Assembly: GCA_963733295.1 (NCBI GenBank)
Contig: CAVTCS010000004.1
Coordinates: forward strand, 1 to 10,060
Length of the DNA: 10,060 nucleotides
DNA from: Vulcanimicrobiota bacterium
Lineage (GTDB): Bacteria > Vulcanimicrobiota > Vulcanimicrobiia > Vulcanimicrobiales > Vulcanimicrobiaceae
Reading direction: 5' to 3'
Shown: piece after piece, positions 1-6,814 of the stretch
How the letters are laid out: the number at the start of each line of letters is the position of its first letter
Numbering within the stretch: position 1 is the stretch's first letter
Made by a program: the position numbers and the translations under genes
Notes under the pieces: model-generated
What the model was told of the DNA's origin: nothing
Databases searched by the model: none
What the model saw: only the letters and a program-made list of their open reading frames with translations

Positions 1-296
1 ACACTGTGAATCTCGCCGACTTCGGGAAACCCTGAGACGGCGAGGCAAAACGCTTCGTAGCTCACTTCCTGTGAAGTATAGACGCTGACGAAAGCGCAGA
101 GGCCGTATCCGACGCGGTCGGCATCCAGAACCGCTCCGTACCTTTCGATCAGTCCGCGCTGCTCCAAACGTTTCACGCGCTCGTGTACCGCGGGAGGTTT
201 GAGGCCAACGGCCTCGGCTAGCTCGGCAAAAGTAGATCGGCCGCTCCGTTGGAGAGCGATCATCAGAAAGGCATCTATTTGGTCAAAGTCGGCCAT
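1..296 (-). CDS. Lrp/AsnC family transcriptional regulator (3' end runs off the left edge)
   Basis: Manual translation from ATG at 296: MADFDQIDAFLMIALQRSGRSTFAELAEAVGLKPPAVHERVKRLEQRGLIERYGAVLDADRVGYGLCAFVSVYTSQEVSYEAFCLAVSGFPEVGEIHS..., with no stop before the edge. It has the AsnC-type HTH (D-x-ID...ELA..VGL..PAVHERVKRLE..GLI..Y) and the start of the RAM domain (PEV.EIHS). Absent from the ORF track. Confidence 0.93.
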   Translation of the reverse strand, partial: MADFDQIDAFLMIALQRSGRSTFAELAEAVGLKPPAVHERVKRLEQRGLIERYGAVLDADRVGYGLCAFVSVYTSQEVSYEAFCLAVSGFPEVGEIHS

Positions 297-322
297 TGCC
301 CAACCAATATTCGTGCTCTGCC

Positions 323-349
323 AATAAAACCCTCCTTTTATTATTGACA
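323..349. promoter_or_regulatory. AT-rich inverted repeat next to a TTGACA hexamer in the divergent intergenic region; possible operator/promoter
   Basis: AATAAAA(323-329)-CCCTCC-TTTTATT(336-342) is a perfect 7-6-7 inverted repeat. TTGACA lies at 344-349 on +, but there is no convincing -10 at 16-18 bp spacing. Confidence 0.35.
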
Positions 350-503
350 GCAAATTAAAGGCATCTTCTGTTGGTTAGGTCCTCATTCGCTTGATACTAG
401 GGGTGCCCGAAACGGCTAGCCGATAAAATCTAAGGCGGAATGCACGCCGACCTTTCCGGGGGTAAGTCATCCGACTATCGTTGCAGGGGGCTCAAACATT
501 TAC

Positions 504-2219
504 GTGTCGATGTCGACGGCGCTCTGTTTGTTTGTCCTCGCCCTGGCGGTTTTGCCTGCGTTAGGCGAGACAGTGGCCTCTCAGACCGTTGGGCTTTTAG
601 GACGCCGATGGCTCTTCATCGCCGCCGTTTTCCTCGCGGCTTTCGTATTTCGCTGGCCGATGCTGACTTATCCGTTGGATCTCAACTACGACGAATCGCG
701 AATGCTCGCTCAGGCCCTAACGCTCTTGCATTACCCCGTCCCCTGGAAGTCGTACGATGGGACAACAAGCGGTCCCCTCGACACCGCGGTGCTCGCGCTT
801 CCGGCGCTCTTCGGAATCTCGCCTGGTTTTCTGACGACGCGAATCATCGGTATTGCGATTTTCGGAAGCACAATTATCTTGCTGTACGGCTCCGTCAAGA
901 ACTTATACGGCGAGCTTGCAGGAAGGCTATCTGTCATAGCGCCGCTCGCATTTTTCTGCGTCGTGCAACACCCGGATTTTCTTCCATACATGACCGAAAC
1001 GCTACCCATCCTCCTCGTCTCGGCCTGCATTTATTTGCTGACCAAGGTTTCCGCAGAAGAGTCTGCGATTGCATCGTACGGAGCAGTCGGTCTGTTGTTG
1101 GGAGCTCTGCCTTTTGCCAAACTGCAGGGCTTACCGTTGGGAGCTCTGTTAGGTCTCATTGCGGTCGTCATAGTTTCGCTACAGCCCGAAGACGACCAAA
1201 CTACGGCTCAAGCAACTCAGCGCGCTGTTCGCAGGATCCAGTCCTTCCAACGCTAATCATTGCCGTCGTTTTCCTGGGCGGCGCGCTCGAGGATTTTGTG
1301 GTTAGTTACGTGCTCTTTCCCTTAGTCTATGTTAAGGGGGAATTGCTGTCATCCCATAACCTGGGGATATCTGTCCTCGGATCCCTCGATCGATGCGCTC
1401 GCATTCTCAACAATCGCCGGAAGCACACTCTGCGCTTTCGGTCTAGTGTACCTCACGCGTCGTGAGCGGCAAAGCGACAGACTCGATTGGGTACCAGCCG
1501 TGCTGGCCGCTGCGCTGCTGCCGTCGCACTCTACGCCATGTGGACGCCGCAGAGCCTTCATGTGCACTACCTTAGCCTCTTGGTTTTGCCACTGAGCGCA
1601 ACGTTCGGCATGGCGTGCGGCGCCCTGTCCGCCGGGCGACACTTTTTCGCCCAAAGCGTTTTCTGGCGAAACGAGAAGCGCTTATCCTCGCTATAACGTT
1701 TGCCGCTCTTGCCACTGAACCGCAGGTTGCGTTGCATTGGGCAATACCCAACACCTACATCGCTTTTCAATATAATCCGAAGTACTCGGACCAGATGCCG
1801 TTAGTGCAGTCCTAAAACAGTGCGTCGCTCCAGGGGACAGAATGGCAATTTGGGGCTGGATGCCGCGTTATTTTGTTTCCACCAAAGCGATACTGGGCAC
1901 GCGCGATTCGATCTCTCAGTTTCAGATCGAGCCCCGACCTTTTCGCGACTACTACCGGCGACGCTACATGAAGGATATCGAAGCGAACCATCCAAAATTT
2001 TTCCTGGACGCCGTGGGTGGACGCTCGGATTTCAAGTTCCACGACCGGAGGACTGAGGGTCACGAGACGTTTCCCGACCTTGCGAACTTTATTGACGCGC
2101 ACTATGAACTCGTCGCGGAAATTCTGCAAGCGCGCCTCTACCAGTGGTCCGAAACCGACGTGCCTCTTTGCTCGCCTAACGAACGGGAAGCACTGCGAGA
2201 AATGCGACGCAGTCGCTAG
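504..2219 (+). pseudogene. GT-C-fold (ArnT/PMT-like) polytopic membrane glycosyltransferase, frameshifted about 6 times (possibly an intact gene with sequence errors); paralog of 7992-9686
   Basis: Segments in different frames align collinearly with the 564-aa paralog: LNYDESRMLAQA..PVPWKSYDGTTSGPL vs LNPDEAQMTAQA..PVPWKAYDGGTGGPL; GALPFAKLQ vs GALPFTKLQ; VLPTLII..LEDFVVSYVLF vs VLPTAFF..LGDAFASYVLF; HVHYLSLLVLP vs YPHYALLAIVP; DAVSAVLKQCVAPGDRMAIWGWMP..LGTRD..YYRRRYMKDI vs DVAAVLRRYVHPGDTLALWGWMP..LGTRD..YYRARYMRDM. Frame changes fall near 1185, 1240, 1350, 1520, 1670 and 1793. The 1716-nt span is about the paralog's length. Confidence 0.85.
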
Positions 2220-2388
2220 AGTGATGACCCGCACAGATTCGCTTATATCCCGAGTCAAACATGCCGATGGATGGGTAGTTGCGATTTCGCGCGACCTGGC
2301 CACTCCACAAAGCCTCCGCGTTGCGTTAATTCGCCGTCTTCGCAGCCGGTAAAAGGTTCGGGGATCCGGCGGGGGGCCGATGCAATCG

Positions 2389-2397
2389 TGGTATGTT
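2389..2397 (+). promoter_or_regulatory. Candidate extended -10 promoter (TG-n-TATGTT) upstream of the sulfotransferase-to-GT-C operon
   Basis: TGGTATGTT lies about 80 bp upstream of ATG 2478, within the 258-bp gap 2220-2477. No good -35 is present. Confidence 0.3.
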
Positions 2398-2477
2398 GAG
2401 CGCCGAGCGGCTTTCGGGTCGTCGAGTCTCGTGGAATCGTCAACTGCGTTGCACCGAAGCGGAACTGGAAGAGATGG

Positions 2478-3426
2478 ATGCCTGATAAAACCGCCGGCTT
2501 TCGATTGGTCATGATTGGCGCGATGTACGAAAACGGCGGTAATATCGACGCACCGCCTGCTCGACGGCCACCGAGCTTTTCGTCTACCCTTTCGAATCGC
2601 AGATCGGAACCGCGGCCGTGCGCGATCATTCTAGAATGTTTCCGGTCAAGTATCGCTGGCCCGTTTTTGACCTCGACGCCATCCAGTCCAAGATTATCGC
2701 GCGATCATCACGAGGAAACTGAAAGTCCGATCCCGCACACCTAGCGTCAGCAAGTTTCGGCACGTCGCTTTCGAGATGGACGACGACGAGCGTTGGCGCG
2801 TTATCAGGAAATGATCCGAGAATCGGGTCGCAGCCGCGCGAACAACGTCGCCGCATTTTTCAGAGCGACATTCGATGCGTGGAAGAACTTCGCGCGCAGC
2901 GGACGCGAGGCGGTCTACGTGGGCTATAGTCCGATCATCGGGATAGACGCCGACAAGATATTGCAAGACTTGCCTGAAAGCCACATTCTTCACGTTGTGC
3001 GCAATCCGTGGTCGGCCTACGCAGATACGAAGAAGCGAGCGGTTCCACTGTCTTTGGACCACTGACATGACCGGTTGGAACATCTGCCAGCAACGCGCCC
3101 TTATCTTCCGCGCGATGTTCCCGCAGCGGATGCACATCTTGCGACTCGAGGACGTCCTCGCCGATCCTCTCGAGGTCCTCTCTGGATTCTGCAAGTCGAT
3201 CGGCGTAGCGCCCTCGCCGTCGCTCGTTTTTCCGTCTTGGAACGGCCAGGCTCTGCCTGAGGTATATCCCTGGGGAACAATCCGGCTAGCGACGACCGAG
3301 GCGAACCTAGCGACAGCGCGCGAGCTCCCGGATGCAGAACGGAACGAGATCGCCGTTCGAGCGAGGTCCTTTTTGGAAATCTTTGGGTACGAGCAGCTGC
3401 TCGGAAACCTTGGAAATACGGCTTGA
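2478..3426 (+). pseudogene. Sulfotransferase-family (P-loop, Sulfotransfer_3-like) protein, frameshifted at least 5 times (possibly intact, with sequence errors)
   Basis: Stitched reading: MPDKTAGFRLVMIGAMYENGGN-(T)THRLLDGH(P)ELFVYPFESQIGT..MFPVKYRWPVFDLDA..QDYRAII..LKVRSRTPSVSKFRHVAFEMDDDER..RYQEMIRESGRSRANNVAAFFRATFDAW..YSPIIGIDADKILQDLPESHILHVVRNPWSAYADTKKR..H(Y)MTGWN..HILRLEDVLADP..FCKSIG... The elements 'RLLDGHP', 'ILHVVRNP' and 'LRLEDV..DP' are typical of this family. Frame breaks fall near 2545, 2572, 2681, 2794 and 3063. Confidence 0.78.
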
Positions 3427-3427
3427 G

Positions 3428-4393
3428 GTGAAAAGCGTCGTCATAACTGGGGCGACAGGTTTCGTCGGCGCGAACTTAGCCCGCGCCTGCGTGAAACAAG
3501 GGCATGAAGTCTACCTTTTCTTACGTCGCGGCTTCAAGGATTGGCGTTTATCGGGTCTAGAGGGCCATGTGCACGTGTATGAGCTCGATCTCTGCGACCC
3601 GCGCGACGTCGAGGCGGCGCTCGAACGCGCACGGCCTGACTGGCTGTTTCACCTCGCAGCCTACGGTGCTTATGAGGTACAAACGGACTATCTGCAAGCG
3701 CTTCGAACCAACGTCGAAGCGACGATGGTTCTGCTCGTCGCTGCATCGTCACGCGGATTTGAATTGTTCGCTTACGCCGGATCGTCCTCAGAATACGGCT
3801 TTAAGGATGAAGCTCCGGCAGAAGGCGATCCGATTGAACCGAACAGCATCTACGCTGTCACCAAAGCGTCCGGCACGATGTTCGTTCGACAATATTCGCA
3901 GAAGCGCGGATTGAACGCGGCGATTCTGCGCCTGTATTCAGTCTACGGACCGTTCGAAGAGCCACGCCGCTTGATGCCGGCAATCGTCGTCGCCGGCTTA
4001 GGGAAACGATATCCGCCGCTGGTCGACCCTTCGATCGCACGGGACTTCATTTACGTCGACGACGCGGTCGAGGCGTTCTTGTCTCTGACTCGGAGACCGC
4101 TAGCCGAGCCGGGCCGGATTTTTAACGTCGGCTCGGGATTGCAGACGACTCTGGCAGACGTCGCGGCCGTAGCTTCGAAGATCTTCGGGATCGCCGAACC
4201 GCCGATTTGGGGGTCAATGCCTGCCCGAATTTGGGATACGAAGACTTGGATTTCCAATCCGGCGCGCATCCGAAAAGAGTTGGGTTGGGTCGCATCGCTT
4301 GACGTTGAAGGTGGCTTGCGAGCATTCGCTGACTGGTTGCAACGCGATGCGAAAATGAATCACTACTACAGGAATGCGCTCGCATCGACATGA
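3428..4393 (+). CDS. NAD-dependent epimerase/dehydratase (extended SDR) acting on an NDP-sugar
   Basis: GTG start at 3428, 1 nt after the upstream TGA, rather than 3332 as in the ORF track. Rossmann motif VITGATGFVGANL, HLAA, catalytic S in GSSSEYG, YAVTK (YxxxK), LRLYSVYGP, RDFIYVDD and FNVGSG. 321 aa. Confidence 0.93.
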   Translation: MKSVVITGATGFVGANLARACVKQGHEVYLFLRRGFKDWRLSGLEGHVHVYELDLCDPRDVEAALERARPDWLFHLAAYGAYEVQTDYLQALRTNVEATMVLLVAASSRGFELFAYAGSSSEYGFKDEAPAEGDPIEPNSIYAVTKASGTMFVRQYSQKRGLNAAILRLYSVYGPFEEPRRLMPAIVVAGLGKRYPPLVDPSIARDFIYVDDAVEAFLSLTRRPLAEPGRIFNVGSGLQTTLADVAAVASKIFGIAEPPIWGSMPARIWDTKTWISNPARIRKELGWVASLDVEGGLRAFADWLQRDAKMNHYYRNALAST

Positions 4394-5196
4394 CGCCCGA
4401 ACCAATTGAGATGGCGCGATCGATTCGACGCATCGTGCTCGAACAGTCTCACAGGGCCAACGTCGGCCACATCGGGTCCGCCTTATCGGTTGCGGATATT
4501 ATCGCGGCGATCTACGGAGGGGTCATCGACATTCCGAGCGCATCGGACCCTGATCGCGACCGATTCATTCTATCGAAGGGCCATGCGGCACTCGCCCTTT
4601 ACGCGGCGCTGAGTCTCACTGGAATTGTGCGGGCCAGCGAGCTCCAAACGTACTGCGGCGAAGGCAGCTTGCTAGGCGTCCATCCGGAGCACGCGTTACC
4701 GGGCGTAGATTTCTCGACCGGTTCGCTTGGTATGGGCCTCTCCGTCGCCTCTGGTGCGGCGCTGGCGGCAAAGAAACAGCGTTCCCGCAGGCGGATTTTC
4801 GCGTTGTTAAGCGATGCGGAGTGCAACGAAGGATCCACCTGGGAAGCCGTAATGTTCGCGGCCCACCATGGACTCGACAATCTGCTCGCCATCATCGACG
4901 AGAATGGGCAACAGGCCATCGGATACACGCGAGACGTTCTTTCGCTGGATCCTATGCGATTGCGCTGGGAAGGCTTCGGATGGGACGTCCACGACGTGGA
5001 CGGCCACGATGTGTTGGAGTTGCAACGGCTTATGCAGCCCGAACCGGAAGAGTCTTCCCCGAAGCCTCGCGTCCTGATCGCGCACACGACGTTCGGTAAG
5101 GGCGTTTCGTACATGGAAAACAGGATCGAGTGGCACTACCTGCCGATGTCCGACGCGCAGTTCGAGCAAGCCCTTCGGGAAAGCGCAGGCCCATGA
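4390..5196 (+). CDS. Transketolase-like protein, N-terminal ThDP-binding subunit (split transketolase)
   Basis: GHIGSALS, DRDRFILSKGHA, GVHP, STGSLGMG, ThDP/Mg motif SDAECNEG...IDENGQQ, DVDGHD, T.FGKGV..ME...WH. ATGA overlap with the upstream gene. Confidence 0.95.
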   Translation: MTPEPIEMARSIRRIVLEQSHRANVGHIGSALSVADIIAAIYGGVIDIPSASDPDRDRFILSKGHAALALYAALSLTGIVRASELQTYCGEGSLLGVHPEHALPGVDFSTGSLGMGLSVASGAALAAKKQRSRRRIFALLSDAECNEGSTWEAVMFAAHHGLDNLLAIIDENGQQAIGYTRDVLSLDPMRLRWEGFGWDVHDVDGHDVLELQRLMQPEPEESSPKPRVLIAHTTFGKGVSYMENRIEWHYLPMSDAQFEQALRESAGP

Positions 5197-6119
5197 GAAG
5201 CACCTTCGCCAAGACGTTAGTGGAGCTCGGAGAACTTCACCCGCAGATCATGCTCTTGAGCGCGGATCTCGGATTCATGGCCTTGGAGCCCTTTTCGGAG
5301 GCACTTCCCGACCGCTTCATAAACGTCGGCGTCGCGGAGCAGAACATGGTCGGCCTGGGGGTTGGTCTTGCCGAGGCCGGATTCGTTCCTTTCCTTTACT
5401 CGATTGTCACCTTCGCAACGCTGCGTGCATACGAGGCTTTCAGAAATGGCGCGGTCCATCAGCGGCTGCCACTGCGCATCGTAGGCGTCGGCGGTGGTTT
5501 TGAGTATGGATCGGCCGGATCGACGCACCACGGACTCGAAGACCTCGCGGTCTTTCGTACCCTGCCGGGAATGGGGATAGTCGCGCCTGCCGATGCCGTG
5601 CAAGCACGATCTGCAATTCTGCAAACGTGGAATCATCCGGGTCCTCTCTACTATCGTCTTAGCAAGGACGAGCACCTGAGGATCCCAGGGCTCGGCGGAC
5701 AGTTCAAGCTGGGACACGCGGACAGATTGCGTGAGGGTTCGGACGTTCTCATTGTCTCCGTTGGCACGATGGCCTCAGATGCGCTTGCGGCGGCGGAAGT
5801 ACTTGCATCTCGCGGACTGGAAGCTCGCGTCCTCTCGGTCTCGAGCTTCAATCCCGATCCGGTCGACGATCTGTTAGAAGCGTTACGCGACGTCCCGGTC
5901 GTGGTGAGTCTGGAAGCCCACTACGCAAATGGCGGTCTCGGTTCGTTCGTAGCGGAAACCATCGCGGAAGCGGGCATACGAACGCTCCTGCTGCGCTGCG
6001 GAGTGAAGGGAATGCCGAACGGCCGATCCGGGAAGCAGTCTTACTATCATGAGTTGCACGGTCTGACAAAGGACGACGTAGTGCGGCGCGTAGTGTCCAT
6101 CGTCGCGAGGCACGTATGA
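5193..6119 (+). CDS. Transketolase-like protein, C-terminal (pyrimidine-binding plus C-domain) subunit
   Basis: ATG at 5193 overlaps the upstream stop (ATGA). Motifs SADLG, DRFINVGVAEQNMVG..GLA, GSTHH..ED, VAPAD, GPLYYRL, EAHY..GGLGS. 308 aa. Confidence 0.95.
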   Translation: MRSTFAKTLVELGELHPQIMLLSADLGFMALEPFSEALPDRFINVGVAEQNMVGLGVGLAEAGFVPFLYSIVTFATLRAYEAFRNGAVHQRLPLRIVGVGGGFEYGSAGSTHHGLEDLAVFRTLPGMGIVAPADAVQARSAILQTWNHPGPLYYRLSKDEHLRIPGLGGQFKLGHADRLREGSDVLIVSVGTMASDALAAAEVLASRGLEARVLSVSSFNPDPVDDLLEALRDVPVVVSLEAHYANGGLGSFVAETIAEAGIRTLLLRCGVKGMPNGRSGKQSYYHELHGLTKDDVVRRVVSIVARHV

Positions 6120-6814
6120 AGCATCGATTCGTGTCGATCGTTTTGCCAGTCCAAAATCAGGCGGACCACATTAAGGAAGTACTGGCAGAGTACGCGACTC
6201 ACTTGACATCGTTGAACCTCGAATACGAACTGGTGGTCGTGGCGAATGCCTGCCGCGACGATTCCGCTCGACTTTGTCAAGAGATGGTTCTTCCAGGGGC
6301 GAACATCAAGGTGATTGAGCAAGAGCTCGGCGGCTGGGGACGAGCGGTAAGAGCCGGGATAACCGCAGCGAGTGGTGATCTGGTTTGTTACGCGAACTCC
6401 GCTCGCACCTACGCCGCGGAACTCGGTTTGTTAATCTTGTACGCGATGAACTACGGAGATGTCGTCGTAAAGGCAAATCGGAAGATCCGCGACAGTGCAG
6501 TACGGCGCTTAGGTTCGCTTCTCTACAATCTCGAGTGCCGAGCCCTCTTCGACCTCTCTTGCTGGGACATCAACGGAACTCCGAAGGTGTTTCCGAGATC
6601 GTTCGGCGCGTTGTTGCAGCTCAAAGAAGACGGAGATCTCGTCGACGTAGAGTTCGACGTGGTTTGCTTTATCGAAAAGTATCCGATGATCGAAGTGCCG
6701 ATCTTCTCGACACGACGTCGCGGCGGAAGGTCGACAACCGACATTCGGTCCGCCCTGCGGATGTATTTCGGGGTATGGGCTTTATCGAGGTCGATGCGTT
6801 CTCTGAGGAAATGA
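6116..6814 (+). CDS. Glycosyltransferase family 2, DPM1/polyprenyl-phosphate glycosyltransferase-like, with a non-canonical DxD region
   Basis: SIVLPVQNQ..I, YELVVVANACRDDS, GWGRAVRAG..AASGDLV, VVKANRK.RDS..RRLGS..YN, DINGTPKVF, DVEF, IEVPI..R..GRS. 232 aa with no obvious TM segment. ATGA overlap. Confidence 0.88.
   Translation: MKHRFVSIVLPVQNQADHIKEVLAEYATHLTSLNLEYELVVVANACRDDSARLCQEMVLPGANIKVIEQELGGWGRAVRAGITAASGDLVCYANSARTYAAELGLLILYAMNYGDVVVKANRKIRDSAVRRLGSLLYNLECRALFDLSCWDINGTPKVFPRSFGALLQLKEDGDLVDVEFDVVCFIEKYPMIEVPIFSTRRRGGRSTTDIRSALRMYFGVWALSRSMRSLRK

Noticed and set aside
396..490. TPP riboswitch (ACTAGGGGTGC start; attractive because a ThDP enzyme lies downstream)
   Set aside because: The conserved CTGAGA and ACCTGAT...AGCGTAGGGA core elements are absent, so the similarity is limited to the first few bases.
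440..1465. 341-aa ORF in the track
   Set aside because: Mostly an off-frame shadow of the GT-C gene. Only about 1242-1350 (VLPTLII...SYVLF) is real coding sequence, belonging to the frameshifted GT-C.
2220..2477. ops/JUMPStart element or Rho-independent terminator ahead of the glycan operon
   Set aside because: No GGCGGTAG match. There is only a weak G-U-rich stem around TTCG (about 2406-2422) with no U-tract.
2017..2629. Small ORFs 2017-2352 (+) and 2255-2629 (-) spanning the 2220-2477 gap
   Set aside because: They have no recognisable motifs or SD and overlap real genes, so they are likely spurious.
1180..3065. Programmed frameshifting or phase variation as the cause of the broken frames
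   Set aside because: There are too many breaks, and they are not at long homopolymers, tandem repeats or obvious slippery heptamers.
4390..6119. Housekeeping tkt or dxs assignment
   Set aside because: The split architecture, altered acceptor-site residues and glycan-operon context argue against it, so no gene symbol is given.
6385..6810. N-terminal 142 aa of the 536-aa ORF
   Set aside because: Arg-rich shadow frame overlapping the GT2. The real start is the coupled ATG at 6811.
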